Below, in pieces: positions 1 to 11,200 of a stretch of DNA of 64,000 bases. Below the pieces are notes generated by a model, which was given only the letters and a program-made list of their open reading frames with translations, was not told the origin of the DNA and made no database searches. The stretch covers positions 39,866,001 through 39,930,000 of the forward strand of contig NC_043003.1 of NCBI RefSeq assembly GCF_006345805.1, written 5' to 3'. The number at the start of each line of letters is the position of its first letter. Position 1 is the stretch's first letter. The stretch is from Octopus sinensis (taxonomy: Eukaryota). The position numbers and the translations under genes are program-made.

Positions 1-977
1 TATATACATGTCAAATATTCTTTAAGAAAGATTAAAATTCAAAAAACAACTTCAAAAGCTGATGTTTTAAACAGAAATCTTCATATTTCTAGAATGCTTT
101 TAAACAAACTGAATAAAAAATGCTGAAAAAACAGTTAAACTTACAGGTGTAAGCATGCCTCTAGTCAATCCTTGTCTACTTTCCACAGACCCCCACCAAC
201 AACAACAATGATGGAAAGAGGTCAGTTAGAGAAGGGGGCAGTCAAGCAGATTTTTCAGAAACATTCATTTAAATCATGCAAGGGTATACAATGTACCTTT
301 TTTCTTATTTCCTCTCACTCACCTCTCTGCCTTCCAGTTGCCAACACAAAAGCCTTAATTCAGTGTAACAGGGTGTACAGGTGGTAATGGGGGTGTATAG
401 TGATGTTGAAGGGAAAGATACAGGTAGGCAGGTATGTTAGTAAATAGGTAGGTATGTACACCAATTTTTAACCAGCAGGCCTTGCATGGACTAACCCCAC
501 CATCAACACCACCGGCCATAGAAGATGAGGATTATAAAGTGGGTGGGTAGCAAGGCTGATATGTACATGTGTGTATACAAGATATTGTGTGTATACATAG
601 TGTGTAAATGAAAAGAATGTATGTTGAGAATATAAATACAATTAGATATAAGTGTATGATGATGATGCATGTACGTGTATATGTGTATGTATATATGTGT
701 AGGTGTATAAGTTTTAGGTGTTTATATCTGTATATAGATGTGTACTTGTATGTAGCCATGCATTATGATGACAAAGATGACAATGAAGATGATAATGTAT
801 ATATGTAACCTGCATTTTAGTAAAATAACTTAGTTATCATTCAGCTAGTGTTAGGAACATTAATTGTGACTAAGGTTTGGTGGAAGATTTTAATTCAAAA
901 CTTATGAAAATAAGACATTTGTACTCAGACTCAGAGCCGGTTTCAGCTGGGTTAGTAACGAAAGGGATAAATATATA

Positions 978-1207
978 TTTCTTTATTGCCCACAAGCGGC
1001 TAAACATAGAGGGGACAAACAAGGACAGACTAAGGGAATAAGTCGATTACATCGACCCCAGTGCGTAACTGGTACTTTATTTATCGACCCCGAAAGGATG
1101 AAAGGCAAAGTCGACCTTGGCGGAATTTGAACTCAGAATGTAACGGCAGACGAAATACCACTAATTATTTCGCCTGGTGCACTAACGTTTCTGCCAGCTC
1201 GCCGCCT
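978..1207 (-). mobile_element. tRNA-headed SINE (family with GAGTTCAAATTCCGCCGAGGTCGACTTTGCCTTTCATCC body)
   Basis: The same ~230-nt unit recurs at 18745-18968, 24610-24980, 25150-25330, 43190-43310 and 47996-48200, with a B-box-like GAGTTCAAATTCC. Confidence 0.8.
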
Positions 1208-2473
1208 GATGATATAAATATATATGGCCTACCTTTTGTAATGAATGTTTTTACCTTGAGTTTGTATATTCCAACACACACACACACACACAAAGAGTAT
1301 AAACCCAATTAGCGTTGTTAATTTATTCTGTGGAAATGCCATACTAATTGACCATCAGTGTACACATGAATGACAGCTCAAATGAGCTGAGAGAAAATCT
1401 GTATACAAGAGGAATCAGATGTAGTGTGCAACAAAGAAGGCTAAGCTGTTACGGAAATGTATCTGCACACAGAGAATAAGAGTTGAGTAAAGAAGTACCA
1501 AGTGATCTTAGCGGTATAGGAAACTGAAAAAGAAAGGATAAAGGAAGATATATAGGAAGAAGAGATGAAAGTTGATTTCAAGTGGTTGACCTTCACAACA
1601 GAAAGCATATGGCTCAATGGTTACTGTATTTTGCTCATAATGGTAAGGTCACAAGTTTGATTCCCAGCGGTGCTTTGAATCCTTGAGCAAGACACTATTT
1701 CATGCTGCTCCAGTCCACTCAGCTGGCAAAAAAGTTGTATCTGTAGTTCAATGAATCAGCCTTGTCACATTTGCATGACACACTGAATCTCCCTGAGAAC
1801 TACATTAAGGATATGCATGTCTGTGAAATGCTCAGCCACTTGCATGTTATTTTCATGAGCCGGCTGTTCTGTTGATTGGGTTAACTGGAACACTTGTCAT
1901 CATAAGTGATGGAGTGCCCAGACTGTCTCTTCTTTTAATGTTCTCTGACAAGTTGTTGTGCACCTGCCCAATATATACAATAAGCTTATTATTATCATTA
2001 TGTAAGGCAGCGAGCTGGCAGAATCATTAGCACACTGGTTGAAATGCTTAGCAGTATTTCTTCTACCTTTGCATTCTGAGTTCAAATTCTGCTGACGTTG
2101 ACTTTGCTTTTCATTCTTTCAAGCTCAGTTAAATAAGTACAAGTTGAGCACATATAATCAACTAGCCCCTCTCCTACATTTCTAGGCCTTGTGCCTATAG
2201 TAGAAAGAATTATTGTTATTATTATATTGTAGTATAACGTGTTTGAATGTGATGTAGCTAGTTGTTTAAAATTAAAAAATTTTATCCAACAGCCTATATG
2301 TATGTTTATAGAATATGCAACCAATCGATGCAAATATCTTAGAAATCTGCACTTCCTTAGGTACTGTTACTTGTCTTAGTATATGATTACAAGGATATGT
2401 CTGAGATTTGATGTCCACACCAACTCTCTGGGTTAAATCCTCTTGTTTATCTAGAGTATAACAGTAAATTATA

Positions 2474-3743
2474 TTGGGTCATCCCATAAATAATGCAGTT
2501 TTTACAATTGCATGAACTAAAAGTTGGAGAGGGATAAGAATAAACTACCTGCATCAACTTGCTATAAAAGCAGGTAGTAATTTTACTTTGTACTTATTCT
2601 TAGTGCAAGTTTTGAAGAGTGCAGTTCGATTTTAACAGCTATTTTTTCAAAGCTATAATGGAAGTGACAAAGGAGCATATTCGACATATTTTGCTTTGAG
2701 TTCAATAAAGGCAATAATACAATGGAAAGTTTGAGGAATATTAATGCTGTATATGGGGATTGGACAATAAGTGTAAGCCAGTGTCAATGGTGGTTCCAGA
2801 AATTCTGAGCTGGAAACTACAGCCTAGAAGACAAGACTCATCCTGGAAGATTTGTAGAGCTCAACAAGGACGTCTTGCAAACCCTGTTGGAACAAAATCA
2901 CATGGTAACTGTTGAGGAACTAGCAGAGAAGCTTGGATTTGGTCATTCAACCATTCATCAACACCTGCATGCCATCAGAAAAGTCAGTAAATTGGATTAA
3001 TGGGTTCCTCACAAACTTTCCAAGTCTAACTGCATGCAGAGAGTGAATGTGTGCTGTTCTTTGCTGTCACATCTCACGAATGAACCTTTTTTGGACCAAA
3101 TAGTGACTGGTGATGAGAAATGGGTTCTCTATAAAAATATCAAGTGTTGAAAACAGTGGGTAAGGAAAGAAGAAACACCAGCACCTCAGGTTGAAGATCT
3201 TCACCCATGTAAGGTGTTATCTGTTAGGTGGGATAGGAAAGGTTTAGTCCACTGAACTTTTAAACCCAAACCAAATGACAACAAAGGAGATCTACTGTGA
3301 GTAGCTTGAGCGGCTTAAGTCAGCGCTAGAAGTAAAATGACCATTTTTGGTTTCAAGACGGAAAGTGTTCTTCCATCAGGATAATGCTTGGCTACATACA
3401 GTGAGGATGACATTCCAAAGGCTGGAGCAGTTTGAATGGGAAACGATGCCCCACCCTCCGTATTTGCCGGACATTGCTTATCATTCATTTTGCAGTCTTC
3501 AAAATCATTTGGACGGAAAAAATATGATTTCTGTAGATGGAGTCACAACAGTACTGGAAGAGTGTTTTTTGTCATGAGCAAGTGAATTTTGGAAGAGGGG
3601 CCTTGCAAGTCTACCAGATAGAAGGAAGAGTATTAGAGAAAATGAAGGAGAGTATATTTTAGATTAAAAGAGAATTTTGTTTATATTAATTTTGAAAGAT
3701 AAAAGAAGTATAAAAAAAATGCATTATTCATGGGATGACCCAA
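2474..3743 (+). mobile_element. Full-length degenerate mariner transposon
   Basis: TIRs TTGGGTCATCCCAT(A/G)AATAATGC with TA on both sides. The transposase remnant 2658-3667 has MEVTKEHIRH, WVPH, TGDEKW, HQDNA and HPPYLPDIA motifs, plus stops and frameshifts. Confidence 0.93.
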
Positions 3744-6700
3744 TATATAGGGTTCCTTTTTTGAAGTCATCATCACCACTATCATCAAATGTATATAAGT
3801 GTATTCTCATTTATAGATATTGTGGAGGGAACACGATCTCCAATTGTGGAAGGAACACGTGAAAGAGGTTGAACAAGGAAGACGTGGAACAAATTGGTGA
3901 GAAAGGGTCTTCAAACACTGAGCCTCACAGAGGGGATGACAAGGGACCAAAACTCCTGGAGGTCTGCTGTGCTTGAGAAGACACATCAAGAAGTAAAATC
4001 GTGATCGTTCTTGCATACAAGCATGTCTCCTACAAACCTCTCCAGCTGAGCGTTCCTAATCTTGTAGGCTTGTGGTTGCTGGAGCCATGTAAAAAGCACC
4101 TGTATTAGTACCACATAAATGCACCCATGCTGGTGCTGTGTAAAAGCACCCAATACACTGTAAAATGGTTGATACTAGGATGGCATCCAGCCACAGAAAC
4201 CATGTCAAAACAGACTGGAGCTGACCAGCAGAAGAGTTGCCTAGCTCCTGTCAAACCGTCCAACCCATGCCAGCATGGAAAACAGATGTTAAGTGATGAC
4301 AATGATGAGGAATGTGAGCACATTGATAAGTGTGTGCATGTGTGTTTTCTGCCTTGATAAAGCAAAACTTTGAACCAGAGATTCTCAACGTGGGTGGCAT
4401 GTGGAAGGGGGTGTTAGGCTTTAGGGTGGGGTGAGGTAGCGTATTAAATTTTATCTATTGTAGTAATTATATTATAGTTGTAAAGTGGGTTCCTCCCACT
4501 GGTGTGATGTGTGATTGCCAGTGTACAATAGTTGTTGTTTTATGCTAGTAGCCACAATAGTTACTAGTCATTGGATACTGTTGTATCTCTTCATACTGGA
4601 ATAGTAATAGACTAACTTCTGTCTTACTATCACTGATAGCTCAACAAGACACCGACTAGAACTGTCGACTCTCGACCCTCTCTTGACGACCGGCTACTGG
4701 TCTATTCATAATGGCTGTCTCCTACCAGAAGAGTGTACAGTTTCACTATACAATATCTCTTAATTATTTTATTTAACAATTAATTTCTTTTATTTACCCC
4801 GCTTCCTCTTTTTTTTTATATATATATATATATACTCAATATCTCTTCATCTTAGGGTCACTATAGCAACTAATGTGGCCAGTAAGTTGTTATACACAAT
4901 TGCATAAAAAAAAAACAAGAACAAAAAAAAAAGAACCCTGACTGGGATCTAAAAGCTCAGACAAATAATAGTAATAGTAATTGTAAATTCAAATAATTAA
5001 ACAAAAAGTTCTTATATTTCAGTGGGGAAAAGAAAAATTCTGTAAAAACTATTTAACATTACATATAGCCATGGAGTGTAAAAATCCACTCTGGAACTAG
5101 ATAGCAAGTGGCATCTACTGCAACCTTGAAACAACTAACGCCTTGCGAATGGGAATTGATTATTGGAAGCAAGATGGATAAATATATCATCATTGATTAA
5201 TGTTTGCTTTTCCATGCTTGCATGGATCAGACAGAATTTGTTTAAGAAGATTTAAGATTTTCTATGGGCAGATACTCTTCCTGTTCTGAACACTCCCCTG
5301 TTTTTGAGTAAGGTAATATTTCTCCCAAAGCCAGACCCATTTTCATGGCAGACTGGAGGCAAACAGTGCAGCAAGTATGATGATACCCATTCACAATCAT
5401 CACATGATGTCAAAACAAGGGTAAATACACACACACACATACAAATACACATGTACATAAATATACACACTTTGGGTTTCTTTCAATTGTCCTTTACCCA
5501 ATCTGGTGACAAGCATTTGCTTGGCTTGAGTCTATAGTGGGAGATGTTTGCTTAAGGTGCTGCAGAGTAGGACTGAATACAAAACCAAGTGGTTCACATA
5601 CATTATCCATAACACAGATGGGAATTCATTTTGGTGCCGTTTGTTGGACTCCATAATGAATTCCCTTCCATTCTACATGGTCATGTTCCACTGAACTGGT
5701 AACCCCAGGAATCATCATCATCATCATTTAGCATCTGCTTTCCATGCTAGCATGGGTTGGATGGTTCAACTGGGGTCTGTGAAGCCAGAAGGCTGCATCA
5801 GGCCCAGTCTGATCTGGCAGTGCTTCTACGGCTGGATGGGGTCGATGTAATTGACTATCCCCCTCCCCAAAATTTCAGGCCTTGAGTCTTTAGTAAGAAG
5901 TGTTATTATTCCATATAAATTCTTTATTTTATGTTTTCTAAAATATAATCCGTAAAAATCCAATTTTACATTATACTATTATATATCACTAACCAAATTA
6001 TTTCTTATCTTTCTTTTTAAGAAATATTCTGGAAGAAAATGGAACTGAGAATATTGCTGCTTTTAACCTCTAATCTGTTTTATTTGTTTAGTCCCATATC
6101 AGACCTGATCGAGTTGGCCTGTGATCAAAGGCGTTGTAAAATCCTGTTTAGTGGGGATGGTAAGGGGTCAATGTGGTGCAAAATTTTCCAGTGGCAAGGT
6201 GCAGGAATAAGATTTCAATTTCCAGTCAGAACTGCTCTTCTAACAACTTACAATTAATTTTTATACAATGCACAGTTGTATATGTGAGTGTGAACATGTG
6301 TATTAGTCTGTACCGTTTGGTGCGTGACAATACCGGTAAGTGTCTTAAATTATAAGGCACCAAAAGAGAATGACTCTCCCCAGACACAACAGAATATGCT
6401 TTAACACACGAACTCACATAAAGAATCTTGCAAACGAATCTCCAAAAACGAAATATATATATTGATATGTTACATATACAAAAAAGTTTAAATTAGACTC
6501 AAAGTATTGTGAAGAATCGTCCAAGGAATATTTAACAATAATTATAAAAAGAAATAAAATAATAATTCAAAGTAATTAAGCAAATGAATGGATAAAATCG
6601 TAATTCGAATTGAATTCAGCGTCAAAGAACTTTGGAACTTTGTTCCAAATTGACCGCGAATATTTTATTCTACAATAAAATGCCAAAAACGTAAAATATA

Positions 6701-8056
6701 AAAATTTTGCTAAAAAAATGAATGAATTAATTAAATATTGAGCGTTAATGCAGTTAATAGAATCTCCTTCAAGAATAAGAATATTGAGACTATTTGGCAA
6801 CAGTTTCAAAAAGTTACTGCCCCTCTCCTCCCCAAAACACTTTACCAAAATAATTCTTCGCCATTTCCACAGACATTGTCAGCAGACTATGTCTTGGAAA
6901 TATCGAGGGTGTCGAAAAGATAGAGAGGAAAGAATTCAAGGTGAATTGAAGAAATGAATGGAATCTATCGCTTGGTTTACCTTTTTAAGTGTGTTTTGAG
7001 TCGTCATGGTATATCTATGTATGGAACTGCTAATAAACAAACTGTCATTGTTACATTAACGACGCCGTTACCACGTTAACGATAAACAATGTGTACGACA
7101 TTATATAGCTACTTCCTGTTTTGTAAATTACAATATTTTTGTTAATTTGAAATGAAATGTGGTTAGTTTTATTACAAAATACATATTAACACTGATGTAG
7201 TAAAGAATCAATGTCTCCAAATAAAAAGGAAATATCTTTAATAACGAAAATTGGCGAGTGCGGCGGACGCATAAGCAGAATAAACTTCCGGAATTCCGAG
7301 TTCAAAACCCGGATTTGGTACCCGGTTTGGGCTATTTCTCGTGTTAAGATCGCACAAAAATAAACCTAAGTCGCTAAATGAGCTCCACTAAAACTTCTCT
7401 ACTTCTTATTTTTCACATTTAAACTTTTGTGTATATGTAACATATCAATATATATATATATATTTCGTTTTTGGATTTGGTTTGCAAGATTCTTTATGTG
7501 AGTTCGTGTGTTGAAGCATATTCTGTTGTGTCTGGGGAGAGTCATACTCTTTTGGTGCCTTATAATTTAAGGCACTCACCAGTAAAATTTCCACTCATTT
7601 CTTTTTTATTTTTCTAAACTTTTCGTTGTGTGTTAAATAATAAGGTACCAAAAGAGAATGACTCTCCCGACATAACATTATGATTCTTAAAACTGTTCTA
7701 CGAACGAGAACGTGAAACTACGAGTAACAGTTTTTGTGATATTTTTGCTCCCTTTTTTAATAGAAGTTAAGTCTACTTTTATTATAATATATATATAAAA
7801 TGTATCTTACAATTGTTTAAAATTATCATTGGTAATATTAATGAAATCAAATGTAAGTGCAAGGTCGCGGTTTTTAGGGATGAATATAGGTGATTTAATT
7901 CCCCATTACTAATGTCACTAACCGCGGTAAGTGTGGAAAGCAAAGTTGACACGGGAGAGAAACGAACTCAGAATACAAAGGGACGTAAGTAACCGTGTTT
8001 CTTACTTTGCAATCGGTTAGTTTCGTATTTTTTCGTCAACCATCGTGACAAATGAC

Positions 8057-8115
8057 CCGGAAGTATATGTTGGCCAATGGCAGAAAAACACGAATAGACA
8101 GAACGAATATATTGG
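8057..8115 (+). promoter_or_regulatory. DNAJC3 proximal promoter: ETS site CCGGAAGT (8057-8064), ERSE-like CCAAT-N9-ACACG (8074-8092), reverse CCAAT (ATTGG 8111-8115)
   Basis: Motifs read directly within 100 nt of the ATG. The ERSE consensus is CCAAT-N9-CCACG, so there is one mismatch. Confidence 0.55.
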
Positions 8116-8150
8116 CAACGTTGAGGGGTTTGTTAGTTTAGTAGAGAAAT

Positions 8151-8217
8151 ATGTTAGGCTCCAGTGATATACCACCTCTTGTTGCTCTGGTGTTTTCGAT
8201 CACGCTGAAACTGTCGG
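8151..8217 (+). CDS. DNAJC3: DNAJC3 exon 1 (signal peptide [23 protein letters not shown])
   Basis: ATG at 8151, hydrophobic core and G|gtaagt donor. The phase 1 exit matches exon 2. It lies just downstream of ETS and CCAAT motifs. Confidence 0.85.
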
Positions 8218-11200
8218 GTAAGTAAATGATTCCTTTGTGATTGAGAGAGGGAGAGATGGAGAGGAATGTAATGCTAAAGAGGTGTGAATAGAGGAGAAAC
8301 TTAGTATGTGTTCACTTTTCCGTGATGTTAGGGCGAAGAGCCCTTCTCTTTTCATTTGAGATGAAAATGAAGTGTAATAATCATAGACAACAGTTAATAC
8401 TCCGGCAACCACTATTTCATAAACAACGAGAAAGTGCATCTGACCTAGGCGTGAGAACGCTCAGCTAGATACTTTAACAAAATAACTAGACTTGTCCTCC
8501 AGTTGTGGTTTCAGTACCATTTCGTTGCTTCGCATATTTTTCATTGCCCACCTGGGTCACGCATGAATTGAGTATTGTTTATATTCTGGGGCTCGGTATA
8601 ATCGTTTCTGTCCTTCCTTGGTTTTCTTTCAAAATTCGTCTCCTGACTATTAAAAGTAATTATCTAATTAAATGTTTTAACCTGCCACCAAGTATCAGAG
8701 TTCGTACCTTGCTTTCCCCCCTCTCTGTTTCCCTATTTGTCATCACACCTTGAACAAACATGTGACGAAGGTGGAACTATTGATATCGTCTGCTCCACCT
8801 TTATAAAAAAAAATATTTTAAAAAATGTTTATTGTTGTTTGTGTCGGTTTTGATTGCGTCTCCCTTTAGATTCTTTTAGGATTCGATCCCTCATTGAAAT
8901 TGCTTCTTTGATTTGTAATTTGGAGCGGAAAAAATTTGAACGTGCCTTCATATGAATACTTATTGTAAACCCAGCAATTCCCCTAGCTTATCTACTTCTG
9001 CTAAGAAGTTTGGATCTGTATATCAACTTCGTTTTACCACATGCACAAAATGCACATATATACACTTTACCGAGTCTTTTGGTTTTTCTCTCTCTCTTTC
9101 TCTCTCTTTGTGTACATAGCGAGTATGTCTGCTTCTTTCTCTCCCTCCGATATATATGTTTGTGTGTGTCGTTTTGTATTTCTCTCTTGTTTTAACCATG
9201 TATATCTTCTCACCCTCGCTGTCTTATTTCTCCACATATCTCCTCTAATTTGTTCGGATCTCTTCTCTTTCTCCCCCACCTCTCTCTCTCTCAACCTCTA
9301 ACTACATTAAAAAGGTCTCATTTTGATTTTCCAATAACCGACCCCCATCCAGGTTTAGATCCAGAATTTCGAATGTGTGTATGCGTAAACTCAAACTATC
9401 TTTGCAAAGTTCTGCATAAGTCTTTAAAATTGTATCCTTGGGGAGGTGGGCGGTGTGACAGATCCTGTTGACATCGCACTCACACCACATATAAGATTTG
9501 TTACTTACGATTCCGACTAGTTTCGCATTCCTTTCATGAATGAAAAAAGGCAGAAAGGGTGTGTCATGTGAACTTGGATCCACGGATTGAAACCTGATAC
9601 ATTCCATGCACTACATCTTTCTGTGTATGTACTCAAGGTACCACAGCTGTTGTTGCTGTTGGTTTATTTACTGCCGTTGTCGTTGTTTAGCCTCAGGTCA
9701 CTTCAGATCCAGAAAACTTTTTCTGAAAACTGTCCAGCCAAGATCATCTTATTTTTTCGTTGTTGTTTGTTTTTAAGATTGTAATTTGCTGAATCGATGG
9801 AAATTTAGCTGCTATTTTTAGCAAAACACAGTTACTTCGACGAGATATCATTATTATTATTGATGGTGATAGTGGTGGTGATGGGTGTGATATTTGTTTT
9901 TGTTGGTTGTGAACGAATCACGTATTATTATTGAATTGTTATAGTTTTCAGGCGCTCGATAGTGGTGGTGGAAGTGATAGTTGTACCAATTGTGTTGGTG
10001 GAGGTGGTGTTATTTATATAATACGGTTTGCTGTCGTGTCCTTATTCCTTTGGACAGGAGCGCTGTTCAATAATAACTATGATCAACAACAGTCAGGCGC
10101 CGTCGAGGAAAGACCATTCAGCTAATCCCGCTCCACCACATCATCCATACCAGATCAATCAATGACTCAACCATCATAAACATCACCTCTATCGGTTTGA
10201 CTTAATTATATATCTCATTATTAAAGAGGTATTATTATTTTTTTTTTGTTAATTTGACAGTTCAGAGTTATCTTTGAACTGTTGATTTTTTTTTTAGAGA
10301 AATTATTACAACATTGACTCTGTCACAAAATTCTTGGTATTTATTTAAGGAAATTTGTGGAATGAATCCCAAGGAATATACCCCATGAGTTCTCAGCAGC
10401 ACTGAAAGTCTACTGAACTGATTAAAACCTTTGAGATTTTAAAAATTTCTTTATTTAATACAATGGCTGTAGAAACACTGCCAGATCAGACTGGAGCCTG
10501 GTGCAGCCTTCTGGCTTCCCAGATCCCCGGTCGAACCGTTCAACCCATGCTAGCGTGGAGAACGGACGTTAAACGATGATGATGATGGTTCTCAGTCGGG
10601 GTCGACTTGACCCCTGGGGATCCATATAGAATTTGAGGATGGGTGAATCCACATGAGCAAAACAGTAAATTGGGGGGTCAACGGTAGTATTTTTTAGGTT
10701 AATGGGAAAACTTTAGCTTTAGATGTATTTATTGTAAGAAACAGGTGGCCCCACACTCATTATGTTGCATTGTTATTGTACTTTTCTGTTGTTTCTTGTA
10801 CAACTAATAGCATCATGAGATAAGTGAACTCTTAGAGGTACTTATATGTTTTTCTGGGCTTCAACAGGAACTTCCACACATACTATCATCATTCTCACAC
10901 AAGCATAGTCTGGAAATATCTGTTTACAGTACAGCATATTATTGCAGCTCTCCCTTCATCATCATTTTACACTTGCTTTTCCTGTTGGCATGGGTTTGAT
11001 GCATCATCACAGTCTGAGTCAGATCTTATCCAGAATTACTGCTCTCACAAACAGGTTGGGGGACCATTGTTCCTATGGCTGGATGCTCTTCCTGATACCA
11101 ATCACTCTGTAGAGTGTACTGTGCACAGTTTATTATAGAACCAGCATTAGAGAGGTTGACATGACCTTGGAAAAACTAAAGGGCCTTTTTGACCCTATGC

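Noticed and set aside
6576-6957. ORFs 6576-6848(-) and 6748-6957(+) as standalone genes
   Set aside because: They are short, AT-rich and show no homology I can recognise; splicing them to the 6981-7007 candidate exon gave no convincing product.
9931-10190. Short ORFs and AG acceptors in the CpG-richer start of intron 1 ([11 protein letters not shown]..., [10 protein letters not shown]...)
   Set aside because: No convincing donor, phase link or recognisable protein was found.
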